This document shows, piece by piece, positions 16,674 through 27,321 of a stretch of 64,000 bases of DNA. The DNA lies in the NCBI RefSeq assembly GCF_988243305.1, contig NZ_OZ547136.1. One strand, 5' to 3'. Within the stretch, counting starts at the first letter, position 1, and each line of letters starts with the position of its first letter. The notes beneath the pieces are model-generated. The model was not told where the DNA came from, searched no databases, and saw only the letters and a list, made by a program, of their open reading frames with translations. Position numbers and translations under genes: made by a program.

Positions 16674-17687
16674 TTAATTGTATCCATCAGGATTTAGCGT
16701 ATGCCATTTCCACGCAGAAGAAAGCATTTCGGTCAAATCTCGCCTAGCCTTCCAGTCCAGTTCTTTTTCAGCTTTGGAAACATCCGCCCAACATTCTGCA
16801 ACATCGCCGCTTCGGTTAGGGCCAAAACTATAATTAATATTTTTCCCAATAATTGATTGAAATGTTTTTATTACTTCTAATACAGAATATCCTCTACCCG
16901 TACCTAAGTTATATATTTTATAATTTCCTCCTTTGCCAAACATTTTAAATGCTGAAATATGCCCCTCAGCTAAATCATTTACATGAATATAATCTCTGAT
17001 ACCAGTCCCATCAGGCGTTGGATAGTCATGACCATAAATAGTAAGCGCAGGTAATTTACCTAAAGCAACATTCATCATATATGGAACTAAGTTAGCAGGA
17101 GTACCTCTGGGATTTTCACCTATTAACCCAGACTCATGCGCCCCCACTGGATTAAAATATCGCAAAATAATCACATCTAATTTAGGGTTTGCCAGAGAAG
17201 CATCTTTTAATATAACCTCGGAGTAATATTTACTGGTCCCGTATGGATTCGTTGTTTCACCTATACGACATTTTTCATTGATAGGTATCGTTTCTGGAAG
17301 ACCGTACACCGTAGCAGATGAGCTAAAGATAATTTTATTTACATGAAAGATCTTCATTAACTCTAACAAATTTAAAAGCCCAACAATATTATTCATATAA
17401 TAACGTATAGGACTTTGAACTGATTCTGAGACAGACTTAAGGCCTGCAAAATGTAATACTTTAGAGAATGTGTGATTCGTGAATATAGTCTTTAATTCTT
17501 TTTTGTCCAATAAATCTACCTTATATGCTCTGATTTTCTTACCACTAAGCTTTGAAATGACTTTGATGATATCTTCTGTAGAATTAGAAAAATTATCTAT
17601 GATGACAACGTCTTCATTCTGCTCCAATAATGACAGAACAGTATGGGACCCAATATATCCAGCTCCACCCGTAACTAATATTGTCAT
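16674..17687 (-). CDS. NAD-dependent sugar-nucleotide 4-epimerase (GalE family)
   Basis: 337 aa ORF; VTGGAGYIGSH Rossmann motif and YGTSK catalytic motif; substrate not determinable from sequence. Confidence 0.8.
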   Translation of the reverse strand: MTILVTGGAGYIGSHTVLSLLEQNEDVVIIDNFSNSTEDIIKVISKLSGKKIRAYKVDLLDKKELKTIFTNHTFSKVLHFAGLKSVSESVQSPIRYYMNNIVGLLNLLELMKIFHVNKIIFSSSATVYGLPETIPINEKCRIGETTNPYGTSKYYSEVILKDASLANPKLDVIILRYFNPVGAHESGLIGENPRGTPANLVPYMMNVALGKLPALTIYGHDYPTPDGTGIRDYIHVNDLAEGHISAFKMFGKGGNYKIYNLGTGRGYSVLEVIKTFQSIIGKNINYSFGPNRSGDVAECWADVSKAEKELDWKARRDLTEMLSSAWKWHTLNPDGYN

Positions 17688-17696
17688 AAAAACACC

Positions 17697-19019
17697 TTAT
17701 TTGAATTTAAAAAAAACTATTTGCATCGATAATCTCAAGCATATGTATGCCATAAAGAACATACCTAATTCAAATATCATAGAAGAAAACTCTGAGCGTT
17801 GGAAATTGATAGATTGGGAAAGAAAAACAAGATAAAGAAAATAGTTGCTCCCAATTAACCTTTCCATTATATATGAATAACCACATAAAATGGCAGGAAA
17901 TATAATTACACCATAATAATTATAATTAATAAAAGCTTCTGTAAAAGGAGTAAATGCATATCCCATCATAAACTCTTGACTTGGCAAATAAACTTCCTTT
18001 GCAAATTGAATAGCTAATGTGTCTGGCTTTAATCCCATAAATAATTCTTTTGGTATAAAGTTTACAATGAACTGAAGATAGGATATACCAAAAAATTGAG
18101 TCTGATAATGTATCGAAGAATAATATTGAAGTGTAGATATAGGATAAATAAATTCACCCAAAGCATTCAATAATCTTATGCTTGATTCGACATTATAATC
18201 TGAACGATATATCCCAAAAAGTATAATCGTTGATACAAATAGAATACTGAACAACGCTACTTTTAATGGTATCTTAAATTTAGCTTTATAAAGTGATAGC
18301 AATACAGCCATAATAAAAGATAAAGCAATTTCTCGTCTTGAACCTACCAGCATTAAAGTATAAAAATATAAAAGCACAGGTATGCTGTATATTACGAAAC
18401 TATAATTTGTGAGACTTTTTTTTACTATCTTTAAATCAAGTAAAATCCAAAAATAAGCAATAACCACATATTTCAGATACCATCCACTTTGACTTACCGA
18501 ATTAATTAACTCTAGGCGAGTACTTTCGCCCAAAGCATTCAGAGAAAGATTTCTTGATTGATATAGAAAAAATAATGATATTAACCATGCTATGCATGAT
18601 GGAATAAATAGATTATAGTTATTGTCATAGTTATATTGTTTGTTTAAAAGAAATATATTGATACCGTGAGGCCTAATCAAACTAATCGATGCAACTATAC
18701 ACCAAACAGCAACACAATATAAGAATGAAGTGTTGATTATATTATTTTCAACATTAAATACATTAACACCAAAAAAATAATACAACAAAAAAGACACAAA
18801 AAAATAAAAAGGCGATAATATTATAAATATTCCATCAAACCATACCCACATTCGATTATATACAAAAAAAAGAATTGCAATTGTAAATATTACAGATAAA
18901 AACCAAATTAGGATAGCATCAATTTCAACTTTGACAGAAGTGCTCAATACAGCAATCATTATCAACCCAATAAAGCCATAAAATTGAGCCAATACCAGTT
19001 TGTATTGTTTATAAATCAT
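17697..19019 (-). CDS. wzy: putative O-antigen polymerase
   Basis: 440 aa, very hydrophobic multi-spanning ORF, very AT-rich, within O-antigen cluster; assignment by topology and context only. Confidence 0.6.
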   Translation of the reverse strand: MIYKQYKLVLAQFYGFIGLIMIAVLSTSVKVEIDAILIWFLSVIFTIAILFFVYNRMWVWFDGIFIILSPFYFFVSFLLYYFFGVNVFNVENNIINTSFLYCVAVWCIVASISLIRPHGINIFLLNKQYNYDNNYNLFIPSCIAWLISLFFLYQSRNLSLNALGESTRLELINSVSQSGWYLKYVVIAYFWILLDLKIVKKSLTNYSFVIYSIPVLLYFYTLMLVGSRREIALSFIMAVLLSLYKAKFKIPLKVALFSILFVSTIILFGIYRSDYNVESSIRLLNALGEFIYPISTLQYYSSIHYQTQFFGISYLQFIVNFIPKELFMGLKPDTLAIQFAKEVYLPSQEFMMGYAFTPFTEAFINYNYYGVIIFPAILCGYSYIMERLIGSNYFLYLVFLSQSINFQRSEFSSMIFELGMFFMAYICLRLSMQIVFFKFK

Positions 19020-19854
19020 ATTTTAACAATCCCGTCCAGAAACCGATTAATCTGTACATATATAATTTTTTTTGTTTTTTTAAAACGATACCAAAAAATG
19101 ATTTTACTGTGATCCTGAAAATTTCCAATAGTAATAAATAACGAGATTTCACTAAATACTTCTTTATCACGACACCATATCCAACTGCATATTTTCTGTA
19201 TTTTTCTGGTATCCCTTCACAATATAAATCATTATCGTGATAAACTCCAAATATAGGTTGAAAACATACTCTAAACCCAAGAGATTTCAGCCGAAAAAAT
19301 AACTCCGTTTCTTCGGATCCACCGAATAAAGTACCAACACCTAACCTTTCATCAAAATATATATTATCGAGTTTATGAGTAAAAATAAAAGTACCCACAC
19401 TTAGTGACGATTTAATTATTTGATTATAACCCATTTCCTTTTTAGTTTTAGGATAAACTCTATTGGCATAAGATTTCATTGTTTGAAAATCTAATACAGG
19501 AACTGAAAGAACGGTTTCTTTTTTGATATTTGATTGAATCACCTTCTCAAAAAAATCAGGAGCATAAAAAGCATCATCATCACAGAACCCAATAACATTA
19601 CCACTGCATAGTTTAAGCCCTTGATTACGAGCAGTTGAAAGTGGTACTTTATTTGATTTAACCAACTTGTATTTTATATTTTTTGCGTGTTTTAAAAATA
19701 ATTGCTCAATTATGATATCATCAGTCTGATCAATAAATATAATTTCTAGGTTTTTGTACGTACTGCTAGCTATGCTATTTAGCAGTCGTTCAATTTCTTT
19801 ATCCCTTCCACCTTGAGTTGTGCCTATCAAACTAATTTTATAAAAGTTATTCAT
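19009..19854 (-). CDS. putative glycosyltransferase
   Basis: 281 aa ORF in O-antigen cluster, GT2-like N-terminal region, overlaps wzy by 11 nt. Confidence 0.6.
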   Translation of the reverse strand: MNNFYKISLIGTTQGGRDKEIERLLNSIASSTYKNLEIIFIDQTDDIIIEQLFLKHAKNIKYKLVKSNKVPLSTARNQGLKLCSGNVIGFCDDDAFYAPDFFEKVIQSNIKKETVLSVPVLDFQTMKSYANRVYPKTKKEMGYNQIIKSSLSVGTFIFTHKLDNIYFDERLGVGTLFGGSEETELFFRLKSLGFRVCFQPIFGVYHDNDLYCEGIPEKYRKYAVGYGVVIKKYLVKSRYLLLLEIFRITVKSFFGIVLKKQKKLYMYRLIGFWTGLLKYDL

Positions 19855-19855
19855 A

Positions 19856-20776
19856 TTAATATCCTTTTTTTAAGATTGAATTAATCTTTATTTTACAATA
19901 ATAAGCAAATTTTCTAAGAAAAACACCATTTATATATTTAATCTTTACTCCTAACTTAGAAAAAATAATAAAATACACCTTAAAATAATAACAAATAGCA
20001 TTAAGAAAACGATGACTTGATTGCGGAAACAAAACCATCCCTAGCTCATCTTTATCGAGAATAATCCCCTGTTTTTTTAAATTACCAATGGCAATAGATA
20101 TGTGAATATCTGCTTGTATATGCTTTTTTATATTCGATATTTGATTTCCGTGATTTCGATAATAAAGCAAGGGTATATTTATATTACAGAATTTTCCGTA
20201 GTTTGCTAATCTACTCCAAAACTCATAATCTTCAGCATATTGGTAGCGTGGCTTATAATATAGGCATTCTTTTTTTATAATGCTGCTTCTCATCATTACA
20301 GTTGGATGAGCAAAACAACTGCCCACCAACAATCCTATTTTACAGGCTTCGTCTGAGTTAGGCATTTTTATAATTTTTCCGCTATTAACAGCTGACTCAA
20401 AAACTTTGATATTAGTTCCACAACACGCTATTTTTTGATCTGCATCCATTATTTCAACTTGTAATCTCAACCTTTCTCTGTGAGCAATATCATCAGCATC
20501 CATTCTAGCAATATACACTCCCGTAGCCATGTCTAATAATTCATTTAAAGTAGCTACTATCCCTTTATTTTCTCTATGCTTAATTTTGAATATCGCGGGA
20601 TATTTATTTTTATATTCATCAAGTATCTTTTGTGTACCATCCTGCGAGCCATCATTGATGATGATAATTTCAAATATTTTATATGTTTGTTCCAATATAC
20701 TGTCAATGCATGCGCCTAAGTATTTTTCAGCATTATATACCGGTATTATAACGGATACTTTGTTTTTATTAATCAT
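19856..20776 (-). CDS. glycosyltransferase, family 2
   Basis: 306 aa ORF; VSVIIPVYNAEKYL...INDGSQD motif. Confidence 0.78.
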   Translation of the reverse strand: MINKNKVSVIIPVYNAEKYLGACIDSILEQTYKIFEIIIINDGSQDGTQKILDEYKNKYPAIFKIKHRENKGIVATLNELLDMATGVYIARMDADDIAHRERLRLQVEIMDADQKIACCGTNIKVFESAVNSGKIIKMPNSDEACKIGLLVGSCFAHPTVMMRSSIIKKECLYYKPRYQYAEDYEFWSRLANYGKFCNINIPLLYYRNHGNQISNIKKHIQADIHISIAIGNLKKQGIILDKDELGMVLFPQSSHRFLNAICYYFKVYFIIFSKLGVKIKYINGVFLRKFAYYCKIKINSILKKGY

Positions 20777-20782
20777 AATATA

Positions 20783-22054
20783 TCATACTTTGTTTTTATT
20801 AAGCAGATAACAGATCGTTACTATTAAGGAGAACATATATAATGCTTGAGATATTATATACGCTTTAAAAACATAAGAAATTTGAGCATTTTCGACGTAG
20901 CATAACGAATACTTACTTAATATACAATATACAGACCATTGTAACACTTCTAACACTATATATTCTTTTACGAATGCTTTGCTAATCAGCAAATAACCAA
21001 GCACCCATGCAATTATCTTAAAAAAATCTCCAATTAGTTGATAAACTATAACATCAACAATAGGAACGAACTCGTGTGTAAATAGAATATTTACTATCAA
21101 ACCGCGAAATGTATACATCAAGACTGAAGATATACAAACTAACGGAACCAAATACAAATAACAAACTTTTATTTCATTAAGCAATTCTGAACGGTTAGAT
21201 GCACTTGAAAACCTTGGAAAGAAATATACCCCCAATGTAGTCGTAATTAACATCAAATAGACTGAACTTATTCTATTAACAGCATCCCACAACCCAGCAT
21301 ACTCAATATTTATTGATGTTATGATTTCATTTCTCACATATAACGTACTAACTGGCACTAATATAGCTGAAGTGACTGTCATTAAAGAAAAAATTATGAT
21401 CCGTTTTAATATTGAAATATCAATTCGATTGCAATTATTAACATAGTATTCTCTTAAATATTTTTTTGAGTAAAAAAAAGTCACAAAAAACAATATAGCT
21501 TGATTTGAAACTACAGCAATCAATGCTCCTCTCATACCAAAAGAGATTGTCAATATAAAGGCGTATATTGCAGATATTAAACTCGATATGATATTAATCC
21601 ATATATAATTTTTAATAAATGACAATCCATTTAACATAGAAAGAATTATATTATTCCATGCATATAAAATAACACTCCCTCCCAAGAAATAAATTGCGAT
21701 GCTTACTTCATCATTAGAATTGAAAAATTGTTCGATAATTATATTTTTAAAGATAATTATGATAACAGCGGTTATAAATCCCATTATAGTAGACAAATAA
21801 ATTGCATTAATCCAAAAACTCCAGATTTTTTCCTTATTACTATTCTTATACTCTGACGTATACTTAACAATACTCGTTGAAATAGCTTGTGATGGCGCAA
21901 CCATAGCTATATTAAGGATATTTTGGATTTGGCCAATAAGTGCATATCCAGACGTACCTAAATATATTGCGAATACTTTATTAAGTCCAAGTAGAGTTGC
22001 TATTTTGACAAATACAGAAAGGCCATTAAGAATAAAGACATTATATACTTTCAC
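20783..22054 (-). CDS. wzx: putative O-antigen flippase
   Basis: 423 aa multi-spanning membrane ORF, first gene after the JUMPstart element. Confidence 0.65.
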   Translation of the reverse strand: MKVYNVFILNGLSVFVKIATLLGLNKVFAIYLGTSGYALIGQIQNILNIAMVAPSQAISTSIVKYTSEYKNSNKEKIWSFWINAIYLSTIMGFITAVIIIIFKNIIIEQFFNSNDEVSIAIYFLGGSVILYAWNNIILSMLNGLSFIKNYIWINIISSLISAIYAFILTISFGMRGALIAVVSNQAILFFVTFFYSKKYLREYYVNNCNRIDISILKRIIIFSLMTVTSAILVPVSTLYVRNEIITSINIEYAGLWDAVNRISSVYLMLITTTLGVYFFPRFSSASNRSELLNEIKVCYLYLVPLVCISSVLMYTFRGLIVNILFTHEFVPIVDVIVYQLIGDFFKIIAWVLGYLLISKAFVKEYIVLEVLQWSVYCILSKYSLCYVENAQISYVFKAYIISQALYMFSLIVTICYLLNKNKV

Positions 22055-22116
22055 AGTTCACCTAACATATTAAGTAGGTTATGATAACAAAACTCATATT
22101 TAATTATACCATAAAT

Positions 22117-22160
22117 ATAAACCACGCTACCGCCCCTGGCTATACAGCTACCAGAGCACT
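22117..22160 (-). promoter_or_regulatory. JUMPstart element with ops site upstream of the O-antigen operon
   Basis: plus-strand cacgctaccgcc at 22123-22134 is the reverse complement of the ops sequence GGCGGTAGCGTG; same motif context recurs upstream of wza. Confidence 0.8.
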
Positions 22161-22407
22161 GCGTGTGTGTCTACAATGTAACGAGCGTTTCATGCTCGCA
22201 ATAAACAAAAAACCAAAAGCTAAATTATCTTACTAATCAGCTCTGAAAACAAGGAAATGTGTAAAAAAAGTCCTATTGCTGACTTGTTATTATCCCGAAT
22301 ATTTATAAATCAATAATAGCAGGAAGACTCGCAACAAGTTACTTTGCCTGCTAATCTTCACAACTATTACAGTCTTTTCGCATCTGTTGCATCCGATTCG
22401 ATTTTCA

Positions 22408-23304
22408 TTATTCCCTTAACAGCTTCTCAATCCCTTTACGGAACTTCGCCCCTTCTTTTAGGTTACGCAGTCCATACTTCACAAACGCTTGCATATAACC
22501 CATTTTTTTACCGCAGTCGTAGCTGTCACCGGTCATCAGCATGGCATCAACAGACTGTTTTTTCGCCAGTTCGGCAATAGCATCAGTCAGTTGGATACGT
22601 CCCCATGCACCTGGCTGAGTGCGTTCCAGTTCCGGCCAAATATCGGCAGAAAGCACATAACGGCCCACGGCCATGATGTCTGAGTCCAGCGTCTGCGGCT
22701 GATCCGGTTTTTCGATAAATTCAACAATGCGGCTGACTTTACCTTCGCGATCCAGCGGTTCTTTGGTCTGGATGACGGAGTATTCAGAGAGGTCACCCGG
22801 CATACGTTTTGCCAGCACCTGGCTACGGCCCGTTTCATTGAAGCGTGCAATCATGGCAGCAAGGTTGTAGCGTAGCGGGTCGGCGCTGGCGTCGTCGATC
22901 ACAACGTCTGGCAGCACCACGACAAATGGATTGTCACCAATGGCGGGTCGTGCACACAAAATGGAATGACCTAAACCTAAAGGTTCGCCCTGACGCACGT
23001 TCATAATAGTCACGCCCGGCGGGCAGATAGATTGCACTTCCGCCAGTAGTTGACGCTTCACGCGCTGCTCAAGGAGAGATTCTAATTCATAAGAGGTGTC
23101 GAAGTGGTTTTCGACCGCGTTCTTGGACGCGTGAGTTACCAGGAGGATTTCTTTGATCCCTGCAGCCACAATCTCGTCAACAATGTACTGAATCATTGGC
23201 TTGTCGACGATCGGTAGCATCTCTTTGGGAATCGCCTTAGTGGCAGGCAACATATGCATCCCAAGACCCGCTACCGGTATAACTGCTTTTAAATTCGTCA
23301 TCAT
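22408..23304 (-). CDS. galF: UTP-glucose-1-phosphate uridylyltransferase-like regulatory subunit
   Basis: 298 aa ORF, nucleotidyltransferase N-terminus, conserved position upstream of O-antigen cluster. Confidence 0.9.
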   Translation of the reverse strand: MMTNLKAVIPVAGLGMHMLPATKAIPKEMLPIVDKPMIQYIVDEIVAAGIKEILLVTHASKNAVENHFDTSYELESLLEQRVKRQLLAEVQSICPPGVTIMNVRQGEPLGLGHSILCARPAIGDNPFVVVLPDVVIDDASADPLRYNLAAMIARFNETGRSQVLAKRMPGDLSEYSVIQTKEPLDREGKVSRIVEFIEKPDQPQTLDSDIMAVGRYVLSADIWPELERTQPGAWGRIQLTDAIAELAKKQSVDAMLMTGDSYDCGKKMGYMQAFVKYGLRNLKEGAKFRKGIEKLLRE

Positions 23305-23542
23305 TTTCCTACCTCTAAGTGGCTGATAGTGCGTAAATTATGCCATAGGTTAGCCAAACGGTATGGCTATATACCAAAGCTTAGTTCCGCATAACTTTGA
23401 TTAAACCTTACGATAACACTACACACCATCAGCATCTGGGTTACTCGGATTACTCGGAAATCCACATACTGATAATTTAATCAGTACCTCTTTCCGAATA
23501 ATCGTAGTCCAACCTGGTCCTTTTTTCTCTGACTCGTCTGCA

Positions 23543-24538
23543 TTACTCAGAAACAAACGTTATGTCGTCTTTTTTGGCATGAACGAATTCATACTGCAGA
23601 GTTCGATCCAGACCTTGCGACAGCGTATACGGTGCCACAAAACCTGAAGAATGCACTTTCGTTGCGTCAAACTGTGTTGTTGCGCAGAATTTTTTCACGC
23701 GCACTGAGCTGACAGCGTATTTTTTGCCCGTAATTTTGCTCAGGATATCAAAACAATATCCACCCAGCATTCCTAGTGGGTAAGGCAAGTGCATAGAAGG
23801 GATCTTTTTGTTCAGGCTTTGTTCAACTTCAGCAACCAACTGGTTCATGTTCAGGTCTGGCTTATCAACGTAGTTATAAACCTCATAACCTGCGGCAACA
23901 TTCTTCAGTTTGTACTTGATAAACTCAACAATGTTTCCAACATAAGCCATGGACTTATAGTTAGTTCCTGCACCCACCATCATAAACTTGCCGCCAGCGA
24001 TCTGTTTCAGCAAGTTATAGACGTTACCGCGGTTGCGTTCACCGAAGATAACGGTAGGACGGATGATGGTTAATGAACGTTCTGTTGGTGCTTTGTTATA
24101 CCATTCACGCAGCACTTCCTCTGCCTGCCACTTACTTTTGCCGTAGTGGTTGAAAGGGTCGTGTGGATGGTTTTCGTCAGGGTTATGTTTGTTCAAACCA
24201 TAAACAGCAACGGAACTGGTAAAGATGATATTTTTAACGCCATTTTTTTCCATGGCCGCCAGCACATTGCGGGTACCCTGAACGTTGACATCATAATAGA
24301 GAGAAGTAGGGCTGACGTCATCGCGGTGTTCCGCTGCCAGTAGTACAACAGTGTCAAAACCAACTAATGCCTGGTCGAGTGCCTGTTGATCGCGAACATC
24401 GCCAATCTGTGTGATTTCTGGATAAAAGTGGCTCTGCTGTTTGTCCAGGTTCTTGATATTAAAGTCAGCAATTGCCGTTTCAAGTAGTCGGGTTCCTACG
24501 AATCCGGAAGCTCCTATGAGCAAAACGTTATCGTTCAT
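23543..24538 (-). CDS. gne: UDP-N-acetylglucosamine 4-epimerase-like protein
   Basis: 331 aa ORF; N-terminal LLIGASGFVG Rossmann motif; lies between wcaM and galF as recalled for gne in some E. coli lineages. Confidence 0.75.
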   Translation of the reverse strand: MNDNVLLIGASGFVGTRLLETAIADFNIKNLDKQQSHFYPEITQIGDVRDQQALDQALVGFDTVVLLAAEHRDDVSPTSLYYDVNVQGTRNVLAAMEKNGVKNIIFTSSVAVYGLNKHNPDENHPHDPFNHYGKSKWQAEEVLREWYNKAPTERSLTIIRPTVIFGERNRGNVYNLLKQIAGGKFMMVGAGTNYKSMAYVGNIVEFIKYKLKNVAAGYEVYNYVDKPDLNMNQLVAEVEQSLNKKIPSMHLPYPLGMLGGYCFDILSKITGKKYAVSSVRVKKFCATTQFDATKVHSSGFVAPYTLSQGLDRTLQYEFVHAKKDDITFVSE

Positions 24539-24695
24539 AAATCACTTTAGTCTGGTTGTTACGTAAGAAACACAAGATAAAGATGAGTACCTTCCCTGAG
24601 TAGTCAATGCTGCCCAGCCCCAGCTTTAACAGTTAGTGTGAGGATTATAATCTTTTAGAACATTATATCCAGTAAGTTTATGAATGGTCGCAAAT

Positions 24696-26090
24696 CTACT
24701 CCCTCCGTTCCGGCAATCTAAAGTTAATCTTTTCCACATTAACAATATGGTGATTAATCCTGTCGATATCGACGGAGCTTTGCCCTTTTTCATTCACCGC
24801 ATGAACATTTGCAAGAGACAGTAGTGTTTCTTTTTTCGCCATAAATACGCCGCGAACGTCTTTGCGCATGTCAAAGTTCATGCTCAATGCGGGTCCAACT
24901 GAGGATTCCTGCATCACCTTGATATTTCGCATAAAAAGATGTTGCGGTTTGTTGTGTAACTCCAGCGACGCACGCTTCATCTCAATGTTAGTCAGTGCCA
25001 CAAAGGAGACGGCATTCCCGGCAGAGATTTGGATGCCGCGCAATTTGTAAGCAAGGTGGGTATTATCCAGTTGAATATTATTCACTCGGAAATTTTGCGG
25101 TATCGAGAGATATGTGCCTTTAATTACCCCATAGCCGATTAACATTCCGGCGCTATTAATCATTTCAATATTATCAATCACGAAATTGTCACAACCGTAA
25201 ATAGCGACCGTCGCGTTATCAATACCTGCTTTCTTACTGAAATCCGGCGTGATATTGCGGGCTTTGATATTACGAATAACAAAATGTTTACCATTTTCAA
25301 CATGGATCAACTGCCGACAATCTGATCCCGTGATATTCGCCACGACAAAGTTTTTCACTGCCTGGTCTTCCGGGTAATTATTATCATAAGTGCTTCCCGC
25401 AAGACCTATGCCGATGCCCCAGTTGATTTTGCCGTTGGTACAGTTGATGCGCTCGATGACATGGTCGGAGATCAAAATATCACGGTCGTTAATCGCCACG
25501 TTCCATTCAATGGCGTCGCCCTGTAAGTCGCTGAACTTACAGTTGGTGATGTTGGCACCGATAATCTGGTTATGAAATCCCTGGCGTAAGATGGCGTAAT
25601 TAGCGTGGCTAACGGTCAGGTTATCGATGGTCAGGTTGCGCATGACCCGTTTGTTTTTGCCGCCGATATAAATCTGCGTTACCGGGCCAAAGCCGCTCAT
25701 AGTCAGCCCTTTGATGGTGCAGTCAGAGCCGCGCACATCCAGGGTGATGTTATGCATACTGCCGCCCTCCTCCCCTGTCACCTGGCTGCCGTCCTCTAAG
25801 ACAAACCGCCCTCTGCCGTTGCCGCGCAGGCTTCCAAGAATGTGTAACGTTTTGCCAGCAGGAATGAAGATGCCGGTGTTGATATTGTCACAAACCAATC
25901 CGCCAGGCACGACGACTGTTTGCCCTTCGCTGAAGGCTTGTTTAAATGAGGCGATCCAGTCGTGTGGATTATAATCGTTAATGTTAACGCTTGTTCGGGC
26001 GGGAAGTGCACGGGCGAAAGGGGTATGGAGGAAGGCAAGCGCCGAGCTTACCGTCAGGAAGGTGCGTCGGGAGAGTTTTTTAAATGGCAT
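24696..26090 (-). CDS. wcaM: colanic acid biosynthesis protein WcaM
   Basis: 464 aa ORF; N-terminal twin-arginine-like signal (SRRTFL); last gene of colanic acid operon. Confidence 0.88.
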   Translation of the reverse strand: MPFKKLSRRTFLTVSSALAFLHTPFARALPARTSVNINDYNPHDWIASFKQAFSEGQTVVVPGGLVCDNINTGIFIPAGKTLHILGSLRGNGRGRFVLEDGSQVTGEEGGSMHNITLDVRGSDCTIKGLTMSGFGPVTQIYIGGKNKRVMRNLTIDNLTVSHANYAILRQGFHNQIIGANITNCKFSDLQGDAIEWNVAINDRDILISDHVIERINCTNGKINWGIGIGLAGSTYDNNYPEDQAVKNFVVANITGSDCRQLIHVENGKHFVIRNIKARNITPDFSKKAGIDNATVAIYGCDNFVIDNIEMINSAGMLIGYGVIKGTYLSIPQNFRVNNIQLDNTHLAYKLRGIQISAGNAVSFVALTNIEMKRASLELHNKPQHLFMRNIKVMQESSVGPALSMNFDMRKDVRGVFMAKKETLLSLANVHAVNEKGQSSVDIDRINHHIVNVEKINFRLPERRE

Positions 26091-26100
26091 ACGTTCTCCT

Positions 26101-27321
26101 CTATAAAGCCTGTAACAAGCTGGCGAGTTCTCGATTAATCACCTGCTGGTTAAAATCGTGTTCGACTTTTTCGCGCGCACGTTTGACAACCGGAGCCAGT
26201 TCGTCGGTGTCCAGTTGGCTAAACGCCGCCAGTCGTTGCGCCAGTGCGCGAGCATCGTTCTCAGGCACCAGCCAGCCGGATTTATCGGCCTCCACCAGTT
26301 CCGGTATTCCGCTATGCAGAGTAGAAACCACCGGAATGCCGACCGCCATCGCTTCCATTAGCGCCACCGGAATACCTTCCATATCGCCATCCGCACCCGT
26401 TACCGATGGCAACAAGAAAACATCCGCGTTGTCGAGCATCGCTTTCACTTCATGGCTCGGTTTAAAGCCAGGCATCTCTACCACATCTTCCAGTTGATAT
26501 TGTTCGATGAGGGTGCGCAGGCGTCGTTCCCACGGGCCAATGCCGAGAATGCGATAGCGAAATGCAACGCCCTGCTCTTTCAACTGCCGGCAGGCTTCGA
26601 TCGCCACATGCAGGCCTTTTTTCTCGGTTAAGCGTGCGACGGAGATGATTTCCAGCGGCGTTGCGGGCGCTTTCACCGGACGCGGGCTAAAGCGCGTCAT
26701 GTCCACGCCCATGCGCGATACGGCGATTTTTTCCCTCGGGCAGCCCATTTTTTGCAGCCTTCCGGCCCACAAATCGCTTATCGGTAACATCAGGTCGCCA
26801 CGGCGAAACAGTTGTTGATATTCGGGAGTGTAATGGTTGAGCACTTCCCGACTGGAAATATCAATTCCGTGGAAAATGGTGGCAATTTTGCCGCGAATGA
26901 CACCCAGTTCGCGGAGTTTTGCTGCGGTTACCCCCGCAGGGCCAAAATGAGCGATAAAGACATCGGCATGAAGCGGTGTTGCGACCTGGCCGCAAATGGC
27001 AGACAAAATCAGGTTCCGCGACTCAGCACCATAGCGTTTGAGGTTGAGCGCCTGCCAGGTATTTTTACGATGAATGCCGCGTAACGTCTGGCTGGCGCGG
27101 TGGCGCAGTTTCGCTACTTTGCCCGCAGGTTCGTCCTGTAACCAACGGGTTCTTGCGGCAAGGTTGTATTTCGTCCATGCCGCGTGGGTGTTTTGTGTGT
27201 CGCCTTGTTGCAGCGCGACAATCTCCACCTCAAAGCCCATATCAATAAACGCAGTGATTTGGTTAAGAACGAAGGTTTCCGACGACAGCGGAAATTTCAA
27301 TAAGAAGAAGCCGACCTTCAT
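26101..27321 (-). CDS. wcaL: colanic acid glycosyltransferase
   Basis: 406 aa GT-B fold ORF, cluster position. Confidence 0.88.
   Translation of the reverse strand: MKVGFFLLKFPLSSETFVLNQITAFIDMGFEVEIVALQQGDTQNTHAAWTKYNLAARTRWLQDEPAGKVAKLRHRASQTLRGIHRKNTWQALNLKRYGAESRNLILSAICGQVATPLHADVFIAHFGPAGVTAAKLRELGVIRGKIATIFHGIDISSREVLNHYTPEYQQLFRRGDLMLPISDLWAGRLQKMGCPREKIAVSRMGVDMTRFSPRPVKAPATPLEIISVARLTEKKGLHVAIEACRQLKEQGVAFRYRILGIGPWERRLRTLIEQYQLEDVVEMPGFKPSHEVKAMLDNADVFLLPSVTGADGDMEGIPVALMEAMAVGIPVVSTLHSGIPELVEADKSGWLVPENDARALAQRLAAFSQLDTDELAPVVKRAREKVEHDFNQQVINRELASLLQAL

Noticed and set aside
9449-22054. Assigning a specific O serogroup from gene content alone
   Set aside because: Several fucose-containing serogroups share gmd-fcl-gmm-manC-manB plus four glycosyltransferases; without an alignment of Wzx/Wzy to references any serogroup name would be a guess.
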